Below are positions 44,950 to 51,103 of a stretch of 51,103 nucleotides of DNA, one piece after another. Positions within the stretch are counted from its first letter, which is position 1, and the number at the start of each line of letters is the position of its first letter. Both the position numbers and the translations under genes were made by a program. Source of the stretch: Gemmatimonadota bacterium (GTDB lineage Bacteria; Gemmatimonadota; Gemmatimonadetes; Gemmatimonadales; GWC2-71-9); NCBI GenBank assembly GCA_036679645.1, contig JAZDCY010000007.1:1-51103 (forward strand). The letters are read 5' to 3'. A model generated the notes under the pieces. The model was not told the DNA's origin, did not search any database, and saw only the letters and a program-made list of their open reading frames with translations.

Positions 44950-45981
44950 TTACGCATTGTAATACCGTGTCAAGACGCGTTCCGCGGGTTTCCCCTGTGG
45001 GGTGAAGTTGCGCAGTCGATCGCGCACCGGGGTCCCAACGGCATGCCATTTCCACCAATAGAATCCCGCAAACCACGGCCGCTCCCAGAGCGCCGCGAAG
45101 GCGGCTTCGTATGCCGCGGCTTGCAGGTCGGCGTCTGGGTCACCCTCGATCTCCCAATCCCAGGGGTGCGCGGTCGAGCCGGCGTGTGACTTGTACCCGA
45201 TCTCGGTAAAGAGCACGCGCTTCCCGGTCCTCGCACTGACCGCGGCGAGGTCGCTCGCGATCGGTTCCCAGGCGGCGCGTAGGGCATCTGTACGCTCCCA
45301 GATGGTCCCCGGTCCGGGATCTCCCAGCTCGAAGTACGCCTGGATGCCAATCACATCCACCGCATCCCACCACGGAACGCCGGCGTAGTCGTCCCAGTTC
45401 CCGGCATACGTGAGCCATCCGGGGAACCGCTCGCGCACCTCGTCGATGAGCGGGCGCCAGCGTGTTTCATGCCGCACCGTAAGGCGCAACTCGGTTCCCA
45501 CGCTGAATCCCTCGGCCCCGATGCGGGCCGCAAGGTCGGCATAGTGGAGCAGAAACGCACGATACGATGCGAACCAGCGGCTCCAGTCGTCTTCGGTCTG
45601 CATGCGCGTCTCGCCACGCCAGTGGCCATCACGGAAGTCCTCCAGCGTCGGGACGATGATGAGCGACAGTCCCGCCGTGCGCGCCATGCGGCCTGTCTCC
45701 AGCAGGCCTTCGTCTGTGACGGACCAGTCGGCGTCCGCGCCCTCGAACCGAAAGACACGCGGGTCGGTATGTCGCTCCATGTACCCGTACGGCCAGAGGG
45801 CGAGATGCGTCGCTCCCAGTTCGCGAATCGCGGTGAAATCTTCCGGAGAGGGCGTCCCGCGATACCCATCCCACGCAACGCCCCGTTGCCGCCCCGTCGG
45901 GACAGTGGATCGGACGCGTGCCCGACACCCGAGTGCCAACGCGGCTGTGGAGGCGAGAAACGTGCGGCGACGCATGGTCAC
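44950..45981 (-). CDS. GH113-like (clan GH-A TIM barrel) glycoside hydrolase, probable Tat lipoprotein
   Basis: RRRTFL...LALGC; SVGTEL, TYAGNWD, IGIQAYF, FTEIGY and FAGFYWWKW motifs. Confidence 0.78.
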   Translation of the reverse strand: MTMRRRTFLASTAALALGCRARVRSTVPTGRQRGVAWDGYRGTPSPEDFTAIRELGATHLALWPYGYMERHTDPRVFRFEGADADWSVTDEGLLETGRMARTAGLSLIIVPTLEDFRDGHWRGETRMQTEDDWSRWFASYRAFLLHYADLAARIGAEGFSVGTELRLTVRHETRWRPLIDEVRERFPGWLTYAGNWDDYAGVPWWDAVDVIGIQAYFELGDPGPGTIWERTDALRAAWEPIASDLAAVSARTGKRVLFTEIGYKSHAGSTAHPWDWEIEGDPDADLQAAAYEAAFAALWERPWFAGFYWWKWHAVGTPVRDRLRNFTPQGKPAERVLTRYYNA

Positions 45982-46093
45982 CGCTACTCGACTACGACGT
46001 ACAACATGACTCCGGCGGCGAACGCGAGACCGTGGGGGATGCCGCCCAGAAGGGCTAGCGTGATGGGAGAGAAGGAGGTTGTCCAGGCGCGTG

Positions 46094-47041
46094 TCACGAC
46101 TGGCGGGAGGGCAGCCAGGCGAGGATCAGCAGAGCGGCAGCCACGCGAATACCCCACGTGCCCGGTATCCCGAGGGCGAATGCCTCGGATATCCCGGTGG
46201 CGGCGTACCAGTAGTAGAGCGAGACCGCGGCGGCCGCGATCGCTTTCACCGCCTGCCGTCGGGTGATCGGCAGCAGTTGCACCGCCGCGAGGGCTACGAC
46301 CGTGCTTCCCAGCGTCCAGATGCCCACGTGCAGATACGTGGCGCCTGCCTGCGCGAGCGGAACGTCAGACGCCGTGAAGTAGCCAATGATGAACCCGGGA
46401 AACGCGGCGGCGAAGACGCCGAACGGCGTGCGGGCAAAGGTCAGCGCATCCGCCTCAGCTTTGTCCCTGTTGGCCAGCGCCGTCAACGCCGCCCGGTTCG
46501 GGCCCAGATCTATGCAGCCGCGCTGCGTGCAGAGCGAACAGGGCAGGCACCGCGGGTTCCCCACGCGGAACAGCGGGTCGTGGCCGTACAGACGTTCGAC
46601 CGGGAGTACAGGGCAGACTGCGTTGCAGAACCCGCCTTTGGCATCGACAAACGCCCCGAGGGCCAGAGCGGCAGCGAGCACGGCCAGGATCACGGCGGCG
46701 AGCGCAAGTCCATTTGTGTTGAACACGAAGTGCCGGGCCGGCACCAGCAGGAACAGCAGTGCGACCGCGCCGGCACCGGTCCACGGAAGGGCTCCGGTGG
46801 CGAGCTTGGTAGTTCCTGTGCGATTGAGCGCCATGTGCGCCGTCGCCAGCGGACAGAGGTTGCGCCACAGATCGGGTGTTACCAGCAGCGAGGCGGGCAC
46901 CAGCGGCACGATCACGTTCCAAAAAAGTCGGAGCGTCATCTCGGGCCAGGTGACGAGCCCCACTATAGCCCCCGACAGCGCGACGAGTGCGACCGCTTGG
47001 CCGGTCTGCCACACGGTGCGGGCTCGAAGTGAGATCGACAT
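46094..47041 (-). CDS. 4Fe-4S-binding polyferredoxin-type membrane protein (NapH/RdxA-like motifs)
   Basis: WRNLCPL, FCNAVCPV and CLPCSLC...C motifs; multiple TM helices. Confidence 0.72.
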   Translation of the reverse strand: MSISLRARTVWQTGQAVALVALSGAIVGLVTWPEMTLRLFWNVIVPLVPASLLVTPDLWRNLCPLATAHMALNRTGTTKLATGALPWTGAGAVALLFLLVPARHFVFNTNGLALAAVILAVLAAALALGAFVDAKGGFCNAVCPVLPVERLYGHDPLFRVGNPRCLPCSLCTQRGCIDLGPNRAALTALANRDKAEADALTFARTPFGVFAAAFPGFIIGYFTASDVPLAQAGATYLHVGIWTLGSTVVALAAVQLLPITRRQAVKAIAAAAVSLYYWYAATGISEAFALGIPGTWGIRVAAALLILAWLPSRQS

Positions 47042-47169
47042 AGGACGCCTTGATAGTTGCACCAGCGTGAACGGTTCGTAAAGGCCGGGTGTCAGTCGGC
47101 GGGTGGGCCTCGGATCGTCGATCGTCCTAGTGGGGGATCAGTGCTGGATTGAGATGGCTGTCAGTGGGG

Positions 47170-47206
47170 GCGGTGTAGGGGCGCACGCCGTGCGCCCCTA
47201 CACCGC
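47170..47206. repeat. GTAG-type REP-like perfect palindrome (possible terminator)
   Basis: gcggtgtaggggcgcacg-c-cgtgcgcccctacaccgc, 18-bp arms, 6 nt downstream of the 47213 stop. Confidence 0.85.
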
Positions 47207-47212
47207 GCACTG

Positions 47213-47857
47213 TTAGATCGAGTTGATGTTCTGACCGCAGACTGTGCCGCTGACGCTGATGGCGTTCGGATCTGGGTTGCTGAGGCTGATCGTTCCACCC
47301 ATGCTGATGCTGATCGAGCAAGACCCCGAGCGGCCATCGCTCGTGCTGAAACGAATCCCGCCGTTCATGTTGAGATCCAGGGTAATGCTTGTCTGGCCAT
47401 CGATGCTGACAGATCCCGTCATCCGGATGTTGGGATCGCCGTTCATCGTGAACGTCGTGCCGCTTCCCGAAGACGTGGCGCAGTTGTTGATCTCCTCGAG
47501 GATATCGAACGTCGATGACGTGCCTGACGAGTTGATGCTAACGTTGCCCGAGACCGTCACGGACCCGCCACCATTGCAGGACGCTGTGGTCCTCGGGATG
47601 GGCTCGGCAGCGGCCGCGAGGCCGAATCGCACGATTGGGCCGGCCGGTCCGTCGATGGGGGCTACGACGCTGGGGCTGCCGGTGAAGCCTAGACTGAACA
47701 GGACGCCGAGCACCTCGGACGCCAACTCCTGCGCTTCCACCGCGGTCAGCGCATCGCCGGTGGTGGATCCAGTCGGGCCGTCGTCATCGCCGCACGCGAC
47801 GACGGAGAGGGTGATGCCGGCGGCCAGCGCCGCCACATTCCGAGACAGTTTCCTCAC
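47213..47857 (-). CDS. Hypothetical Ser/Thr/Gly-rich beta-strand lipoprotein
   Basis: GTG start with ggagga RBS; lipobox VVAC-GDDD; four further Cys residues. Confidence 0.75.
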   Translation of the reverse strand: MRKLSRNVAALAAGITLSVVACGDDDGPTGSTTGDALTAVEAQELASEVLGVLFSLGFTGSPSVVAPIDGPAGPIVRFGLAAAAEPIPRTTASCNGGGSVTVSGNVSINSSGTSSTFDILEEINNCATSSGSGTTFTMNGDPNIRMTGSVSIDGQTSITLDLNMNGGIRFSTSDGRSGSCSISISMGGTISLSNPDPNAISVSGTVCGQNINSI

Positions 47858-47967
47858 GTGCTCCTCCAAGGTTCCGGGGTATCCATAATAATTGCGCATG
47901 GATCGACCCCTGCGCAAGGCGCTGGCTGGGGAGCCGACTTTACGGTGTGAGCTGGATCGAGAGGGCC

Positions 47968-50900
47968 TTAGAAGCAGCCGGATCCCCAGCAGGACAGGGT
48001 GGCGCCGTTCTCTTCGACGATCCACGGTGTGAGTGTCACACTCCACGGAGGCGGGTCGGGGAGCGCCAGGGCGAAGGTCGCGTCAAACAGTCCGTTGGTT
48101 GCAGCGTCGTCATCACGCAGGCGGATCCATGCGCCCCCCCCGGTAGGTGTCGCAAGGGTGCTGAAGATGTTGGCCATGAAAACCGGCTGTCCTGTTTGCC
48201 GGATCACCGTCAACACGACATCGGTGGTAGCGTAATTCTGGAACGTGAGGGTGTCGAGCTTGGTCGTGCCCGAGAGCCCGGTGATGAACTCCACGACCAG
48301 CGGCGCCGCATCCCAGGTCATGTTCGAGATGCTCGCGCTCCTGGTCGTGACCGTGTTGCCACCGCCGAAGATATTTCGATTCGTTGCGCCGTCCGGGGTA
48401 CTCAGGAGCTGGCGGATCAGGATATCACTGTTCAGCTTGACGCCGGACAGCGAGGCGTTCCGCAGCGTGAGGTCATTGAATGTGGACGATGTTGGGTTCG
48501 CGAAATCGATGACCTGCGCAGCCGCGCCGTCCAGCTCCACCACGTGGGTGCCCGTAGGCAGGAAGCTCGAAAGCGAGGTTGTGCTGGCCTGGGTGAAGTC
48601 TCCAGCCGCCCGGATCGCGCCTGCCGTCAGCAGCGCCGAGGTGCTACCGCCGTTGAATAGGACCGGACCGGCTACATCGAGGACACCGCCGGCAGTGGAC
48701 ATCGTGAGTGTGCCGGAGCCCGTCGTGCTGAAGCCACCGTTCACGGTGATCGTCTGTGCGCCAATCGTCAGGTTCCCGGTTCCAGACACGATCAGATTGT
48801 CCGGCACGATGTCGGAGCCGGCGAACGTTGCGGTCCCCGTCACCTCAATGCCGGTGTAGTCGAAAGAGAATCCGGTCGGGATGGTCTGGCTCGCACCCGT
48901 GAATCGAGTGAGCACAGCGGGGTTGAATAGAGATCCCCCGAAGACGTCGACAAGCGTACCGCCGATGGAAACGCTGTCGATGGTAACTTCGACCCCGGAG
49001 GAGATCTCGGTGACCAGCAATAGGTCGCGGCCGACGATCAAGTGGCCGATCCCCCACACTCCCCCGAAGCTCGACCCGGGTGCGTTATCCGCCACCTCCA
49101 CGTCGAACAGCACGTAGGCGCGGGTGTCGAGCGTGGCCTCGATGCTGGCGGGCCGGATCTCCAAGAAGGAAAAACGCGATTCCGTCGCCGACGAATTGAC
49201 AAAGCTGATTGTTGGGCTGCCACGCAGGAATTCGGTCACATGGGAGCCACTTGGCGCGTAGCTGGAGGGCGAGGTGGTGCTGAGTTGCGTGAAGTCGCCA
49301 CCGATGATGACTCGTCCGGCGGTTAGGAGACCATCGGTCGATGCTCCGGCAAGGAGCGCGTTACCGGTGATGTCCAGCGTGTCTGCGGCGTTGGTCATCG
49401 TGAGCACGCCAATGCCGTTGATCTCGAAGTTGCCCCCGACACTCAGCCGATTGCCGTTCAGGATGAGGTCGGACGCGTTCGTGCCGAAGATCTCGAGATT
49501 GCCAGTGATGGAGAGATCGCCGAGCAACGTGGCCTGCGTGCCCGACAAGGGTGTGCCGTCAATCTCCAGATTGTTGTACGGTAGCCCGACCGGTATGGTG
49601 ACACCGATGCCGAAGAAGCCCGTCGTGTCGACGACGTACCCGCCCGTTGGGCTGAGTGTGCCGCCGAGGTAGAGGGACTGAAGGTTGAGGTCCCCGACCG
49701 ACGTCACGTTGCCCAACACGCCGACCTTCGAGCCGAGACCATCGACGGGCCCACCGCCCGCGTTCGCGAGATCACCCGTAACGGTGACGTTGCTCAGAAG
49801 ACTTGCCCCTAGCGTGTTCACGATCTGAATGTTGTGGAAGTGCGAGGCCGTCGTCACCAGGGTTGTGACCGACGTGAACGACACCTGTTGCTGTCCGCCC
49901 GTACCGTTCAACAGCGTGACGTGCAGGCCGCTCGGCGCGTAGCTCGACACGTTGCCGGATTGCGTGAAGTTACCACCAATGAAAATGACACCGTCGGTGA
50001 GCAGACCGTTTGTGCTGGAGCCACCGAAGCTGGCGTCGCCCGCCACAACGAGAGAATCGGCGGAGCCGGTCATGCTGATGGCGCCGCCGTTGACCGTCGC
50101 GAATGGGCCCGACACGGTTAGTGCTTGCCCGGCGAACGCCAACGTCTGCGTTCCTGTAGCGGCTCCGACGGTGAGTGACACAACGGTCGTGGTCACGTCC
50201 ACGGTGACCGTGTAGATGCCGGCTAGATCGATCAACACGTCATCGCTTGCCGTGGGAACGGAACCGCCGGCCCAGTTCGTCCCGACGCTCCAGTTGCCAC
50301 CGGACGCATTGGTCCACCGGGCCGGAGCGGGACCGGGCCAGTTCACTAGCGCCCCGCCCAGTTCCTGCTCGAAAGCCGATCCGCCCAGGGGAGACGACCC
50401 CAGCATCTCGATCGTCAGGGTGTTGCCATCGAGGACGTTGTCGTTGGCGCTTATGTAGAAACCAGTCGTGGGCGTCGTGAGGAACGTGATGCCCGTGAAC
50501 GTGAACGGCGTCGCCGCCCCCGCGTGGTTGACGGTGAGTTGCGTCGTGATCGCAGGAAATGCCTGGAACGTCACGAAGTCAAAGCGCGTGATCGTACCGC
50601 CGTTGATGACCAATGGCACGTTCTCGATGACGAGACCGTCGACATCGGTGCCGGCGACCGTCATCGTGTTGCCTTCCCCTGTCATGATGGGGGTCACAGT
50701 GGAGGGCACGATGAGTTGGCCCAGGGCGAGCACGTTGCTGGCGAGCGCAATGCCGTCGGGATTGGCGATCTCGACGTCCTGGAAGTGCGTGTCCGTGGTG
50801 AAGGGCGATACCATCGTGACCGTCTGCGGCGTACCGCTTCCGTTAAACACGATCTTGGTGCCCGACGACTGGAAGCCGTAAATGCTCGTGTTCTGGGTGA

Positions 50901-51103
50901 AGTCTCCGGCGAGCCGGATCTCCCCAGCGGTGAGGGCGCCCCTGGTGTCGCCGGCGAAGAGTCCGTTGCCGCCAACCGTGAGGATGTCGAGCGCGTTGGT
51001 CATGGTCACCCGGGCGCTGCCCTGAACGGTGAAGTCGCCGGTCACGTCCAGCTGATTGCCTGCCAACACCAGGTTGCCGCTGCCTGACTGGACGAGGCCC
51101 GTA
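47968..51103 (-). CDS. Large repetitive surface/adhesin-like protein (5' end outside window)
   Basis: Frame is open past the window end; Thr/Gly/Ser/Val-rich; four internal repeats ending LLTAG.I...GDFTQ; WTNASGGNWS..TNW motif. Confidence 0.8.
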   Translation of the reverse strand, partial: TGLVQSGSGNLVLAGNQLDVTGDFTVQGSARVTMTNALDILTVGGNGLFAGDTRGALTAGEIRLAGDFTQNTSIYGFQSSGTKIVFNGSGTPQTVTMVSPFTTDTHFQDVEIANPDGIALASNVLALGQLIVPSTVTPIMTGEGNTMTVAGTDVDGLVIENVPLVINGGTITRFDFVTFQAFPAITTQLTVNHAGAATPFTFTGITFLTTPTTGFYISANDNVLDGNTLTIEMLGSSPLGGSAFEQELGGALVNWPGPAPARWTNASGGNWSVGTNWAGGSVPTASDDVLIDLAGIYTVTVDVTTTVVSLTVGAATGTQTLAFAGQALTVSGPFATVNGGAISMTGSADSLVVAGDASFGGSSTNGLLTDGVIFIGGNFTQSGNVSSYAPSGLHVTLLNGTGGQQQVSFTSVTTLVTTASHFHNIQIVNTLGASLLSNVTVTGDLANAGGGPVDGLGSKVGVLGNVTSVGDLNLQSLYLGGTLSPTGGYVVDTTGFFGIGVTIPVGLPYNNLEIDGTPLSGTQATLLGDLSITGNLEIFGTNASDLILNGNRLSVGGNFEINGIGVLTMTNAADTLDITGNALLAGASTDGLLTAGRVIIGGDFTQLSTTSPSSYAPSGSHVTEFLRGSPTISFVNSSATESRFSFLEIRPASIEATLDTRAYVLFDVEVADNAPGSSFGGVWGIGHLIVGRDLLLVTEISSGVEVTIDSVSIGGTLVDVFGGSLFNPAVLTRFTGASQTIPTGFSFDYTGIEVTGTATFAGSDIVPDNLIVSGTGNLTIGAQTITVNGGFSTTGSGTLTMSTAGGVLDVAGPVLFNGGSTSALLTAGAIRAAGDFTQASTTSLSSFLPTGTHVVELDGAAAQVIDFANPTSSTFNDLTLRNASLSGVKLNSDILIRQLLSTPDGATNRNIFGGGNTVTTRSASISNMTWDAAPLVVEFITGLSGTTKLDTLTFQNYATTDVVLTVIRQTGQPVFMANIFSTLATPTGGGAWIRLRDDDAATNGLFDATFALALPDPPPWSVTLTPWIVEENGATLSCWGSGCF

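Overview
A GC-rich bacterial chromosomal segment. Gemmatimonadota is inferred from the expanded family of Hanks-type kinase-TM-beta-propeller receptors, the 6-bladed propeller lipoprotein and the Ig/RCC1 lipoprotein; this is not proven. The left half (1-27163) holds six paralogous membrane Ser/Thr kinases, a GH20 hexosaminidase and a metal-uptake operon. The right half is mostly housekeeping or secreted-protein genes: arfB, patatin, acnA, tkt-pgi-rpiA-SURF1, a Tat-type class V PLP enzyme, trxC, a GH113-like hydrolase and a large repetitive surface protein cut by the window end. No rRNA, tRNA, CRISPR-cas, integrase or transposase was seen. Best candidate for an undescribed system: a small TM plus His/Cys-rich leader ORF ending in an RGPP ribosome-arrest-like motif (15726-16073). 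Its stop-codon region can pair with the Shine-Dalgarno of a downstream outer-membrane-barrel/ZnuA-like/ZnuB-like operon that has no ATPase, suggesting a metal-sensing stalling switch. Also notable: a 63-bp collapsed kinase remnant (21508-21570), a duplicated five-hairpin REP-like element followed by 39-bp tandem arrays in front of two kinases, and pervasive 7-8-mer inverted-repeat hairpins in intergenic spaces.
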